64,000 nucleotides of DNA, taken from Myxococcota bacterium. Its GTDB lineage: Bacteria > Myxococcota_A > SURF-8. The translations under genes were made by a program, and so were the position numbers. Location of the stretch: positions 896,001 to 960,000 of the forward strand of contig OZ223209.1 of NCBI GenBank assembly GCA_965140415.1. Direction: 5' to 3'. The notes beneath the pieces were generated by a model that ran no database searches, was not told the origin of the DNA, and saw nothing but the letters and a program-made list of their open reading frames with translations. Below are positions 23,293 to 33,349 of the stretch, piece after piece; within the stretch, counting starts at the first letter, position 1, and each line of letters opens with the position of its first letter.

Positions 23293-25767
23293 GTGCATAT
23301 CGACGAGCTGGAAAAGCGAAAAGCGGAGTTGCTGCAAGAAATCGAAGCGCTTACCGAGCGTGAGCAGGAGTTGCGTCAGAAGCTAGACGCCCTATCTAGT
23401 TCAAAAAATACCGACTGCTGTTCCGATAGTAATCGATTTCGCCTGTTAGTTGAAGCCTCCAACGATTGGATCTGGGCGGCAGATCGTAACGGGTTCATTA
23501 CCTATGCGAGTCCTCGTGTAAAAGAGGTGCTCGGCATGGACCCGGAAGAATTGGTCGGGAAGACTCCCATCGATTTGCTACCCGCAGAAGTCGCAGAACG
23601 AATTCTTGAAAACTTTTCGTTTTCAAGAGAAACCGGTGCTCCATTAGATCCGTTTGAATTTTCTCTCGAAAACAAATCTGGAAATCTGCAACAATTGGAA
23701 ATCGGGGGGCGCGCTATCCTACAAGCGGATGGCACGTTCTTGGAGTATCACGGATACCTACGTGATATCAGCCTTCGAAAACGTGCAGAGGCGGAACTGA
23801 TTGCTCATCGCGAGAAGCTTGAAAAAGTTGTTGATGAGCGCACTCAGGAAATGGATCATGCCATTCAGGAATTGACTCGGCAAATCAACAAACGCGCCGC
23901 CACAGAGCATGCCTTAATGGAAAGCGAAGCGCGCCTGCGTTCGGTAATCGACCATTCCCCATTGATCTTCTGGACGGTGAATCAGAAAGGTATCCTGACC
24001 TTCATGCAGGGGCAGGCTTTGACAAACCTCGACTGGAATTCGGAAGAACGGATCGGTCATCCCATAAACGAACTTGGCTTATTGGGAAACGAGCAGCAAA
24101 CCCGGAAAAATCTGGACCGTATCATTAGCGGTAAGAATTTGACCGTCGAAGTGGAAATCGACGGGATTACCTTCGAAAATCGCTGTGCGCCTCATTTCGA
24201 TGCCGTTGGCGATATCTCCGGGGCGATTGGTGTGGCTATCGATATTTCCGAGCGACGCAAAGCGGAACGCGCCTTAGAAACCGAACGCGAGCAACTGCTT
24301 TCCATTTTCGACAGCATGGATGAGCCGATCTACATTGCCGATCCAGATAATTACCATCTGCTCTTCGTCAATCAGGCGTTCAGCAAAATCTTCGAAACTG
24401 GTGATAACGGTTTGTGCTACCAGGTATTATACGGTCTGGATTCTCCCTGCGCCTTCTGCACGAATACGATTATTTTGCAAGAAGAACACGGGCGCTCGCA
24501 TATATGGGAATATCGAAATCGCAAAAACATGCGGTGGTATAAATGTATCGACCGAGCCATAAAATGGCCCGATGGTCGTATGGTGCGCTTTGAACTGGCG
24601 ATTGACATCACGGAAAGCAAGCTCGCCGAGATTCAATTGCAGCGCGAAAAGAAAATGTTTATCGCCGGACCGCTGGTGGCATTTAAATGGGTTGCAGATA
24701 GCGATTGGAGTTGCGAATATGTTTCGCCCAATGTCAGTCAATTCGACTATGCTCCCAGTGATTTTACCAGTGGCCTGGTCAAATATTCGGATCTTATTCA
24801 TCCCGAAGACCAGCAGCGCGTCCTCTCCGATGTCAAAACTTTTCTCGAACAGGAAAGCGATTATTCCGAGCGTGATTACCGTTTCCTGACAGGTGCGGGT
24901 TTGGTACGCTGGCTCTACGAATTCTCGGCCAAAGTGCGAGACACCAATGGTGTGGTGACGCATCTGGACAGCTACATTCTGGATATTACCGACCGCAAGC
25001 AGGCAGAGGCCGATCTGATGACCAAATCGGATGCTCTGGTGCGCAGTAATAATGACTTGCAGCAATTCGCCTACGTTGCTTCTCATGATTTGCAGGAACC
25101 GTTGCGTTCGATCGCCGGATATGTGCAATTGTTGGAGAAGAGATACGGAAAAGACTTAGACGACAAGGCCAAGCACTACATCAATCGCTCGGTAGCTGCC
25201 AGCAAACGCATGCAAAGTCTGATCAACAATCTGCTGGAATTTTCCCGTGTGGCCACCAAAGCTAAGCCTTTCGAACCGGTTCGGATTGAAGACGTTGCAT
25301 CTGAAGCTATGGAGAATCTGAAGGCTCGTATCAGCGACAGTGGCGCTAAGGTCATTTTAGGAGCCCTGCCCGAAGTGTCCGCCGACCGGAACCAACTCGG
25401 GTTGTTGATGCAGAATCTGCTTGGTAACGCGATGAAATTTATCGACAAGCGCCCACCCGAAATCCACGTCGATGCCTTGCGTACCGAAGAGACTGACGAA
25501 AATACTCCCGAAATCGCTCGTGTTCCGGGCTGGACGATCCGTGTCGCTGACAATGGTATCGGTATTGAGAAAGACTATTTCGAACGCATTTTCCAACTCT
25601 TTCAGCGTCTTCATACGCGCGAAGAGTATCCCGGTACCGGGATGGGATTGTCGATTTCCAAGCGTATTGTTGAACGTCACGGAGGATATATCTGGGTCCA
25701 ATCGCAAGTCGGCAAAGGAACCACTTTTTACTTCAGCATTCCCGATCACAGAGAGGAAACCACATGA
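23293..25767 (+). CDS. Cytoplasmic sensor histidine kinase with four PAS domains (Cph1-like HisKA)
   Basis: Four PAS/PAC units ending in DIS/DIT-x-RK-like motifs. H-box FAYVASHDLQEPLR, NLLGNAMKF, DNGIGI, FQRLH and GTGMGL. No TM segment. Confidence 0.92.
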   Translation: MHIDELEKRKAELLQEIEALTEREQELRQKLDALSSSKNTDCCSDSNRFRLLVEASNDWIWAADRNGFITYASPRVKEVLGMDPEELVGKTPIDLLPAEVAERILENFSFSRETGAPLDPFEFSLENKSGNLQQLEIGGRAILQADGTFLEYHGYLRDISLRKRAEAELIAHREKLEKVVDERTQEMDHAIQELTRQINKRAATEHALMESEARLRSVIDHSPLIFWTVNQKGILTFMQGQALTNLDWNSEERIGHPINELGLLGNEQQTRKNLDRIISGKNLTVEVEIDGITFENRCAPHFDAVGDISGAIGVAIDISERRKAERALETEREQLLSIFDSMDEPIYIADPDNYHLLFVNQAFSKIFETGDNGLCYQVLYGLDSPCAFCTNTIILQEEHGRSHIWEYRNRKNMRWYKCIDRAIKWPDGRMVRFELAIDITESKLAEIQLQREKKMFIAGPLVAFKWVADSDWSCEYVSPNVSQFDYAPSDFTSGLVKYSDLIHPEDQQRVLSDVKTFLEQESDYSERDYRFLTGAGLVRWLYEFSAKVRDTNGVVTHLDSYILDITDRKQAEADLMTKSDALVRSNNDLQQFAYVASHDLQEPLRSIAGYVQLLEKRYGKDLDDKAKHYINRSVAASKRMQSLINNLLEFSRVATKAKPFEPVRIEDVASEAMENLKARISDSGAKVILGALPEVSADRNQLGLLMQNLLGNAMKFIDKRPPEIHVDALRTEETDENTPEIARVPGWTIRVADNGIGIEKDYFERIFQLFQRLHTREEYPGTGMGLSISKRIVERHGGYIWVQSQVGKGTTFYFSIPDHREETT

Positions 25768-26201
25768 ATGAGCGCGCTTTGGAAATCCTGATGATCGAAG
25801 ACAACCCCGATGATGTCGAGTTGGCGATCGAGGCTTTGCAAGAAGCCAAGATGCTGATTCACATCGAGGCCGTTCATGACGGCCTGGAAGCCTTGAAGTA
25901 CCTGCGCAAAGAAGATCCTTACCAAAACAAAACAACTCCGGACCTGATCCTGCTGGATCTCAACATGCCACGCATGGATGGTCGCCAGGTTTTAGCGGAA
26001 ATCAAGCAGGATCACATTCTGCGTCGCATTCCGGTTGTAGTACTGACTACCAGTTCCGCAGAAGACGATATAATCAAAGCATATGAGCATCACGTGAACT
26101 GCTACATCACGAAGCCGGTGGATTTCGAGCAATTTTTAAAAGTCGTGCAAGCCATCGAGAATTTCTGGTTCACGGTCGTACAACTTCCTCCAAAGGAGTG
26201 A
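25764..26201 (+). CDS. Single-domain response regulator (Rcp1-like)
   Basis: IEDNPDD, LLDLNMPRMDG, LTTSS and YITKPVDF. ATGA overlap with the kinase. Confidence 0.93.
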   Translation: MNERALEILMIEDNPDDVELAIEALQEAKMLIHIEAVHDGLEALKYLRKEDPYQNKTTPDLILLDLNMPRMDGRQVLAEIKQDHILRRIPVVVLTTSSAEDDIIKAYEHHVNCYITKPVDFEQFLKVVQAIENFWFTVVQLPPKE

Positions 26202-26205
26202 GGAC

Positions 26206-27486
26206 ATGACCAAACCCCAGGTTCGCATTCTATTGGTTGAAGATAATCCGGACGATGCTTTTTTGTTCACCGAAATGCTGGACGAAGACCTGCCATATCA
26301 TGTCAATATCGACCACGTCGAACGGTTGAAGCAAGCCATCAGCCGTGTTGAGACGCAGCGCTACGATGTGGTTTTTCTCGATTTGGGACTTCCGGAGAGC
26401 AAAGGCCTGGACACCTTTCGACTTTTTCAACCCAAAGGCGGTCATTTGCCGGTGATTCTTTTAACCGGCCTGAATGATGAGGATGTCGCATTAACGGCCT
26501 TACAGGAAGGAGCGCAGGACTTTCTGGTTAAAGGCGATGTAGACGGCAAGGAGCTAAGTCGAGCCATCCGCTACAGCATTGAACGGAAAAAAGTGCAGTT
26601 GGCATTTGAGGAAAGTGAAAAACGTTTTCGAATTCTTGCCGATGCCGCTCTGGAAGGATTGTGGTTTCATGATAAAGGCAAGGTGCTTGACGTCAATCGG
26701 GCGCTGTGCACGATGTTCGGTTACAAGGCTTCGGAATTGATCGGAAAGCAGGACTTGAGTTTTTTCTTTGAACCGGAGCCTTCAGAAGAACTGGTGCAGG
26801 CACTCTTTTTTGGCTCTGAAATCCCTTTCGAAGCCACCTGTATGCGTAAAAATGGCGAACCGTTTATCGCAGAAATCAACGATCGACCGATTCCATATCA
26901 TGGAAAAATGGTACGTGTGGTTGTGCTTCGCGATATTACGGATCGCAAGCGTATGGAAGAAGTGCTGCAACAACACGCCACAATGGACAGCCTGACAAAT
27001 TTATTCAACCGGCGCATGATTATGGATCATCTAAGCCGGGAGTTCAAATCGAGTCAACGCCATGATTATCCGTTCAGCGTTTGCCTGATCGATCTGGATA
27101 AATTCAAACAGATCAACGACACCTATGGGCACCAGGCCGGAGACGAAGTGCTGGTGCGTTTTGCCAAATTATTAAAGGAGCAACTCCGCACCGAAAATCT
27201 GGCCGGTCGCTACGGTGGTGATGAATTTATCATCCTCTTTCCACACACCAACGCATCACAGGCCGAGATCGCTTTGGAGCGTGTGCGTAAAGCGCTGGAG
27301 CAAATTGTCTTTCTCGCTGAAGATGGTGAACATTTTTCCGTTACCGGAACCTTCGGTGTGGCTGAAAATTGCCCGGAATTCAACGATCATGAAGAGTTGT
27401 TCAAAATGGCGGATCAAGCTTTGTATGCGGCCAAGGAGCGGGGACGCAACCAGGTTTATAAAATCGAAGCGAAAAACGAAAAATAA
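26206..27486 (+). CDS. REC-PAS-GGDEF diguanylate cyclase
   Basis: Receiver (VEDNPDD, FLDLGLP), PAS, DSLTNLFNRR, DLDKFKQINDTYGHQAGD and RYGGDEF. Confidence 0.93.
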   Translation: MTKPQVRILLVEDNPDDAFLFTEMLDEDLPYHVNIDHVERLKQAISRVETQRYDVVFLDLGLPESKGLDTFRLFQPKGGHLPVILLTGLNDEDVALTALQEGAQDFLVKGDVDGKELSRAIRYSIERKKVQLAFEESEKRFRILADAALEGLWFHDKGKVLDVNRALCTMFGYKASELIGKQDLSFFFEPEPSEELVQALFFGSEIPFEATCMRKNGEPFIAEINDRPIPYHGKMVRVVVLRDITDRKRMEEVLQQHATMDSLTNLFNRRMIMDHLSREFKSSQRHDYPFSVCLIDLDKFKQINDTYGHQAGDEVLVRFAKLLKEQLRTENLAGRYGGDEFIILFPHTNASQAEIALERVRKALEQIVFLAEDGEHFSVTGTFGVAENCPEFNDHEELFKMADQALYAAKERGRNQVYKIEAKNEK

Positions 27487-27527
27487 CTTGCCAACATGGC
27501 ATTGGATTTTGTAAACTCCGTTCCCAC

Positions 27528-27614
27528 GCCGGAGTGGCGGAATTGGTAGACGCGCTAGACTCAAAATCTTGTATCCGTCAGGGTGTGAGGGTTCGAGTCC
27601 CTCCTCCGGCACCA
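27528..27614 (+). tRNA. tRNA-Leu (anticodon CAA)
   Basis: Acceptor GCCGGAG/CTCCGGC + ACCA, D-loop AATTGGTAGA, anticodon loop CT-CAA-AA, long variable arm, T-loop GGTTCGAGTCC. Confidence 0.95.
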
Positions 27615-27615
27615 T

Positions 27616-27664
27616 CAAAAAAGACGGTCACTTGGACGATAATCCGGGTGGCCGCTTTTTTTTT
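27616..27664. terminator. Bidirectional intrinsic terminator between tRNA-Leu and the DedA-like gene
   Basis: A-run, then the stem CGGTCACTTGGA/TCCGGGTGGCCG (with G-U pairs), then 9 T. Confidence 0.85.
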
Positions 27665-27775
27665 GCAGTAGATTCTATGAACATTGGAGTTATTGGCGGC
27701 TGTTTCGATTTGTGAACAAAATTGATAAATTGTCCGGCTGTGAGGCAATGACAGCGTGATCGGTATCGATACGGG

Positions 27776-28453
27776 TTAAATGTTTTTCGTTTTTTCGAGC
27801 CAGATCGCCAGTAGCGCAGCCAATCCGAACAGCAGAATCGAAATCAGACCTGGCCAATCCAGCGCCTGCCTCCAGTCTCCACTGCTCCAGATCTCCAACA
27901 CACGATCTCCCACCCAGGTCAGCATGAAGATCGCCGGAAAGGTGCCAATGGCAGTGCCGATCAGGTAATCGCGCTTGCGGATGCGACTGAGACCGGCGGA
28001 GATGCAGGCAACCGAGAAGGGAACGAAAGCCAGTCTCATAAAAGCCACTGCCAGCAGACCACGTTCTTCCAGGCGTCGATCCAGGTTCTCCATGCGATCC
28101 GGCAGGAAACGTTGCACCGATTCACGCCCCATGCGGCGTGCTAGAATGAACCAGACTAGCGCGCCGATATTGACGCAAATCACAGACAACACCATGCCCA
28201 GCAAAGGTCCGAAAAGGAAACCGGCGGTAAGGGTCAGTGAAGTAGGTGGAATGAACAACAACAAGACCAGACAAAAAAGCAGTGCGTACAACAACGGTCC
28301 GAAGGCACCGCTCGTCAATGCCCATGTGCGAATTTGATCCGGGTTCAGCAGGTTTTCCGTTACCCCGCTAAACGCCAGTGCGACAATAACCACAATCAGC
28401 GCGACCAATGCGGCTAAATGCCAGCGGCGTTTATGAAGCGGGATCGTCGCCAT
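27776..28453 (-). CDS. TVP38/TMEM64 (DedA/VTT domain) membrane protein
   Basis: LTAGFLFGPLLG, FILARRMGR, MRLAFVPF, AGLSRIRKRDYLIGTAIG. Multiple TM segments. Confidence 0.9.
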   Translation of the reverse strand: MATIPLHKRRWHLAALVALIVVIVALAFSGVTENLLNPDQIRTWALTSGAFGPLLYALLFCLVLLLFIPPTSLTLTAGFLFGPLLGMVLSVICVNIGALVWFILARRMGRESVQRFLPDRMENLDRRLEERGLLAVAFMRLAFVPFSVACISAGLSRIRKRDYLIGTAIGTFPAIFMLTWVGDRVLEIWSSGDWRQALDWPGLISILLFGLAALLAIWLEKTKNI

Positions 28454-28533
28454 GCATGGCTCTTTCTGTTCTTGCTACCAGATCTTTTGGACCGTCATAC
28501 CGCGACGGTGAATGATTGTTTTCCGACCGCCTT

Positions 28534-31500
28534 TTATTTTGCCTGCGCCGTAGCTGCCGGATCGGATTTCTGGCGGTAGATCAGCAAGGTCTTCTGACCG
28601 ACGAACTCGTCGTTTTCACGAGCGACGATGTTGATGCGGTTGCTGCCTTCCTTCAGTTCGATCAACGCCGAGAAAGGCATCTGCAAGGGATTGGTGCCGC
28701 GCTTGTTCGATTTGAAATAGGCCTTATCTCCATTGGTTAGAATGTAGAGATCTTGAATGTGATTATCGTCCTGTACCTGACCCTCGATCAACAGGTGATC
28801 TACATCCGTATACAGCACCTTGCTGCTCTCTGCCAAAGTGATTACCGGCGGTCGAATGCCCGGCAATGCTTTCAGGCGAGTGGCTTTCTGACCCATGCTT
28901 TTGGAAACTTCATTTCCAGCGCGAATATAGCCTCGGCGTACCTCTTTCAAGGCGATGCCAAGCCACTCGTTGCCGATGGTTTTAACCTTGAGCAGGCTTT
29001 CTTTTTCGGCACGAGCCAACACCGGTGATTCTTCATCCGGAGAGGCATACACCGGCGTTCCGGCTGCCACGCGCACCAGCTTGCCTTTTTGCGGTGTAAA
29101 TGCCATCGGAGGCTTGATTTTAAAGGTGATTTCCTGGCTCAAAAAATCACGCAGCGTCGGATCCCAGATCGTGATATCCATCGGGAAACTGGATTCCTCC
29201 AGGCCAGGGTCTACACGGAAGGTAAAGGTGACCTCGGTGCTCTGATTTACTTTCAGTGGATCGAATTTCACTCGGCCCGTATTGATGAAGATCGCTTTAA
29301 GATTGTCGCTGTTTCGCAGTGTCGCCAGACCTTCCGCCATGTCGCCGGGACCATTGTTGAAAATGGTAACGACCAGATCCAGGGTTTCTCCGACCTGGAT
29401 CAGGTTGTCCTTGTTCCCTTTGTCGTCCACCAGTTGATAGGTGTAGGAGAAGGACGGATGCACCTGCGAGCGGATATCGAAACGCTGGGTCAGTGGTGCG
29501 GGGATGTTGTTATTGGCTTCGTAGAAACGGAAAACGACATCATCCGCGCTATCCGGGGAATCCTTTGGAATCGGCAGTTTTGCTGTGTAGGTTTTGCTTT
29601 TTCCGGGGGCGACTTTGCCCAGGAAGAATTCCAATCCATCGTAAAGCAGATTGTCCGAATCCGTGATGGCTCGCAATCTATATAGGGGGAAGTTCCCGTT
29701 ATTGGTGACTTTCAGGCTGATGTTGGCTTCGTCTCCGGCTTTTAGAATTTTTTGCGGTTTTACTGAAATCGTTGCGGCGGTCTGAGGAGTTTCGGATTTT
29801 TCCTCTTTCGTGCTCCAATTGATATGGAACTTTTTGAATGCCGCCACCATGTGCGCTTCCTGATCGCTTGCGGTTTTGGCCAAAACGTCGATGGAGCGTT
29901 GCAGCAGGATTTCACGCCGGCTGATGGCTCCTACCGTTTTCAGAATGGTGTGTGCCAACTGGGTCGTGAAATCCTTGACATGTACGTAATCCGCAGGTGC
30001 GTCGATGTCGTATTCGTCGCGTTTCTCGTCGTAGAGATATTGCAGGCTTTCAAAGGGTTTGTCGTGCATCGTGGAGGCATGCTCCAGGTGCTTGTCCAGA
30101 TCGAATTCCCGGCGCATTTTCTCGCTGGTATAAAAGTCGATATTGTCTTTTTCTATAAAGACCGGCAATAGTTCGATATCCGGCACGACACCTACGGATT
30201 GAATCGAGATGTCCCCTGGCGTCAGGTATTGCGCCACGGTCAGTTTCAGCGCTGAACCATCGTCCATCTGGTAGATCACCTGCACCGAACCTTTGCCGAA
30301 GGTACGATCGCCCAGTACGACGGCACGATTGTTGTTTTTCAGCGCTCCTGCCACGATCTCGCTGGCCGAGGCGGAGGAGGAGCCAACCTGTACGATAATG
30401 GGGTATTTGTGTTCGGTTCCCAGGAAAGAGGCTTTCTCCACTTCCAGTGCTTCGTTGCCTGCGCCTACGGTCGTCACAATGACGCCGGAGTCCAAAAACA
30501 GATCGGCCACTTTGACGGCAGCATCCAGCAAACCGCCGGGATTGCCTCGCAGATCCAGAATCAAGCCTTTCAATTTTCCCTGTTTGGACATTTCTTCCAG
30601 GGCCGAGCGGACTTCTTTGTCCGTCGTTTCGTGGAAGTTCAGGATTTGCAGGTAACCGATGTGATTGGCTAACAGCTTGTTCTTGACAGACTGGATTTTG
30701 ATGATATCCCGAATCAGATCGAAATCCTTCGGATTGGTAAAGCCTTTTCTCATCACCGATAATTTGCAGGGAGTACCGGGATCGCCGCGCATCAAACTAA
30801 CAGCCTGATCCAAAGACATGTTGACGGTGCTTTGTCCGTCGATCTTGATGATTGTATCTTTGGCTTTGATGCCAGCCCGCCAAGCCGGAGTACCGGGAAT
30901 CGGAGAGATGATCGTCAGTTTGCCGTCGCGAATGCCGATTTGAATGCCCAAGCCTCCGAACTTGCCGCGTGTGGACAGTTTCAATTCTCTGTACATTTTG
31001 GGACTGATGTGTACGCTGTGCGGGTCCAGTGTGTTGAGCATCCCGTTTATAGCGGCGTATTCCACATCTTTCGGGTCCATGTCTTTTTCGAGGTTCGGCT
31101 GCATAAAACGGAAAATATCCGAAATTCGGTATTGAATCTTCCAAACCGAGTCGATGTCTCCATAGGGGAAAGATTGCTGTTCGGTATCGACTTTTACGAG
31201 CACCTGCTTGGTCTGTTCGTTGTAGTCAACCATGACCGAGGGAACCGAGCGGGCGACTTCGTTCAATGCTGAACGGAACATGTTTTCCGGGTCAATCCGC
31301 CCAGGGTCGTAGTAGTAGTTTTTGATGTAGCTGATGACGCGAGTCATAACCACGATGGAAGACAAATTGTAGTCGGCATTGGCAACCGGTTTGGCTTCGG
31401 CGCGCTGAATACTGATTCGGGAAGGAGACTCATCGCCGTTTCGGGTGTATTGGGAATACACCAGCGCCACACCTGCCAAAACGGCAAACACACCCAAAAT

Positions 31501-31536
31501 TGCCACGATGCGAATCAACTTGGAGAATTTTTTCAT
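28534..31536 (-). CDS. S41 carboxyl-terminal-processing protease with PDZ domain and long C-terminal Ig-like extension (MXAN_5808-like)
   Basis: GMLNTLDPHS, FGGLGI (PDZ), LDLRGNPGGLL, SASASEIVAGAL (catalytic Ser) and TFGKGSVQ (Lys). N-terminal TM. RBS GGAG before the ATG at 31536. Confidence 0.92.
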   Translation of the reverse strand: MKKFSKLIRIVAILGVFAVLAGVALVYSQYTRNGDESPSRISIQRAEAKPVANADYNLSSIVVMTRVISYIKNYYYDPGRIDPENMFRSALNEVARSVPSVMVDYNEQTKQVLVKVDTEQQSFPYGDIDSVWKIQYRISDIFRFMQPNLEKDMDPKDVEYAAINGMLNTLDPHSVHISPKMYRELKLSTRGKFGGLGIQIGIRDGKLTIISPIPGTPAWRAGIKAKDTIIKIDGQSTVNMSLDQAVSLMRGDPGTPCKLSVMRKGFTNPKDFDLIRDIIKIQSVKNKLLANHIGYLQILNFHETTDKEVRSALEEMSKQGKLKGLILDLRGNPGGLLDAAVKVADLFLDSGVIVTTVGAGNEALEVEKASFLGTEHKYPIIVQVGSSSASASEIVAGALKNNNRAVVLGDRTFGKGSVQVIYQMDDGSALKLTVAQYLTPGDISIQSVGVVPDIELLPVFIEKDNIDFYTSEKMRREFDLDKHLEHASTMHDKPFESLQYLYDEKRDEYDIDAPADYVHVKDFTTQLAHTILKTVGAISRREILLQRSIDVLAKTASDQEAHMVAAFKKFHINWSTKEEKSETPQTAATISVKPQKILKAGDEANISLKVTNNGNFPLYRLRAITDSDNLLYDGLEFFLGKVAPGKSKTYTAKLPIPKDSPDSADDVVFRFYEANNNIPAPLTQRFDIRSQVHPSFSYTYQLVDDKGNKDNLIQVGETLDLVVTIFNNGPGDMAEGLATLRNSDNLKAIFINTGRVKFDPLKVNQSTEVTFTFRVDPGLEESSFPMDITIWDPTLRDFLSQEITFKIKPPMAFTPQKGKLVRVAAGTPVYASPDEESPVLARAEKESLLKVKTIGNEWLGIALKEVRRGYIRAGNEVSKSMGQKATRLKALPGIRPPVITLAESSKVLYTDVDHLLIEGQVQDDNHIQDLYILTNGDKAYFKSNKRGTNPLQMPFSALIELKEGSNRINIVARENDEFVGQKTLLIYRQKSDPAATAQAK

Positions 31537-31794
31537 TTTTGCTCCCGAGTCCAAGTGCATAGACCCCTCTATCTTATCAGAAAAACAACTATTTTTACCC
31601 GATTTGTATTGTTTGGGCAATCAATTTCTTCCTCTTCGGGTAAGAAAGGAAGGCATACTTGCACCCTGCGAAAGTAAACTTCCGCATTAATTAGAACCCA
31701 AGCCCCCACCCAATCATTCCCTATTCTTGCAATCTAAGGCAAATAGTCAGGATCGTTTTATCTTGCGAGGAAGAAGTTGCAATCCGGTTTTTGC

Positions 31795-32160
31795 TTATAT
31801 CGAATGGATATTGTCTTCCATCAGATCCATAGAATGAACGATGAATTCGTTAAGGATATCCTGGTGTTCCGATATTACATCCGTGAATTGCACTCCCATG
31901 CCGGAGGGGCGTAAACTGCGTTCCGTGCTCATGCGAGCCCAGCGGGGAACCCCGACCGCGCTAACGGCGCCATCGGGCAGATGAAGTTCCAACTCGATAG
32001 TTTGACCCAAGGGCATCGGGTAGGGAGTGGCAACAAATGCACCACCCATCGAAATGTTCTGTGTGACCCCTTTGGCGGAATAGTCCTCTGACCGGAACGT
32101 TATGTCGAACGAAACCGGAACTCTTGCTGCCTGACGTTTGGTTTCTGCTGAATCCGCCAT
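31795..32160 (-). CDS. PilZ-domain protein (TIGR02266-like)
   Basis: RQAAR (RxxxR), NISMGG and GMGVQF. RBS GGAGG. Confidence 0.88.
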   Translation of the reverse strand: MADSAETKRQAARVPVSFDITFRSEDYSAKGVTQNISMGGAFVATPYPMPLGQTIELELHLPDGAVSAVGVPRWARMSTERSLRPSGMGVQFTDVISEHQDILNEFIVHSMDLMEDNIHSI

Positions 32161-32242
32161 GGTAGCCTCCTATGATGCGGGAGGTGGTAATCTAAAGGAG
32201 CGCTTGCGATGATACACCGGATCACCGAAGCGGTCCGGAAAA

Positions 32243-32638
32243 TTAATCCTCATCCTCTTCTGGATGAAAATAGGGCTCCCGAAATTTCAAGATATACTCG
32301 TTGATGATCTTTTCATCTTCGCCGTTCAAGTCTTCAAAGCGCAAACCCATTCCAGGATGGGTTTCGGGATACACGGGATTGTACTCCCGATACCAGCAGA
32401 CGACTCCGGTGGCTTCGATCGTGCGCGGCGTATTGGGCAACGTAAACGATAGAGGAATCTTCTCGCCGACTTTAGCCGGGACGTGGGTGGCCACAAAAAT
32501 GCCGCCCGTCGAGATATTCACGGCAAAACCGGTGTAGAAATTCGTCGGGGATTGAATGCCGATTTCTACCTTAAGGCTGACTCGCGTATTGGTGCGCGAC
32601 TCGTTACCCGATGTCATCTGATTCTCCTTCTTTTCCAC
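32243..32638 (-). CDS. PilZ-domain protein (TIGR02266-like)
   Basis: RTNTR (RxxxR), NFYTGFAVNISTGGIFVAT and PGMGLRF. The start may be the ATG at 32617. Confidence 0.9.
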   Translation of the reverse strand: MEKKENQMTSGNESRTNTRVSLKVEIGIQSPTNFYTGFAVNISTGGIFVATHVPAKVGEKIPLSFTLPNTPRTIEATGVVCWYREYNPVYPETHPGMGLRFEDLNGEDEKIINEYILKFREPYFHPEEDED

Positions 32639-32665
32639 AGCGCCCGAATATGGGCTGTTCGCTGA

Positions 32666-33178
32666 TTAAAAACCTTCCGGTATTCCTACATATAAACCGC
32701 ATCCGGGGCATTCATTCACACCTTGAGGAATGACTGCTTCGCAGGCCGGACAGGTGATTTGCTCTGCTTCCAGATCCAACGCATCGCCGAATTGAGCGGG
32801 GTCAACGTTTTCGTTGGCCACTGTCGCCACCAACTCTTGAAACTCGTTCTGCAAAACTTCCGCAGCGCGTTGGAGATCTTCTGCGGCGACGGCCAAGTCC
32901 AACGAGGGGGAACATCCGCCTGTCGAGCAACTTCCTTCCTTCCGTAGGATAACATTAGCAATAGCATTTTGGCAAAACAAGTTTTTCACACGCTTCAATT
33001 GATCGAGTGGCGCCTGTAAAACTACTGCCAATTCCTTGTCGTTCAGATACTCCATCATGGACCGATCGTCCATAAGGGGTTTGACCTGTTCCAGCGATTC
33101 CACCAACGCAACTTCGCAGGTCGCACAAAACGCGACTCCCGGTAAGAATTCTGAGCGGCATTCAGGACAAAAAGGCAT
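32666..33178 (-). CDS. Hypothetical protein with N- and C-terminal zinc ribbons
   Basis: MPFCPEC...CATC and CPAC...CPGC, with a central CSTGGC. RBS GGAG before the ATG at 33178. Confidence 0.75.
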   Translation of the reverse strand: MPFCPECRSEFLPGVAFCATCEVALVESLEQVKPLMDDRSMMEYLNDKELAVVLQAPLDQLKRVKNLFCQNAIANVILRKEGSCSTGGCSPSLDLAVAAEDLQRAAEVLQNEFQELVATVANENVDPAQFGDALDLEAEQITCPACEAVIPQGVNECPGCGLYVGIPEGF

Positions 33179-33349
33179 CGAACAACTCCACGGTGCTAAG
33201 TAATGTATCATAATCTCATGGAGCCGCGACTATATCAGAAGTGACGGGTGAATGTAAAGTAGAAGGAAAGGGATAATTTTCAAGGTCCGATCACATCCCT
33301 TTCTTGCGGTTACTTAAGTACCGGAGGTTGGAGTCGTTTACTATCGGGA

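Noticed and set aside
27555-27571. tRNA pseudogene, because of a U-U mismatch in the anticodon stem (CTAGA/TCTTG)
   Set aside because: It is a single mismatch, and all other arms, the CCA end and the terminator are intact.
27528-27614. tRNA-Leu as the attachment site of a genomic island carrying the nitrogenase-like genes
   Set aside because: No integrase and no duplicated tRNA 3' end were noticed in the window.
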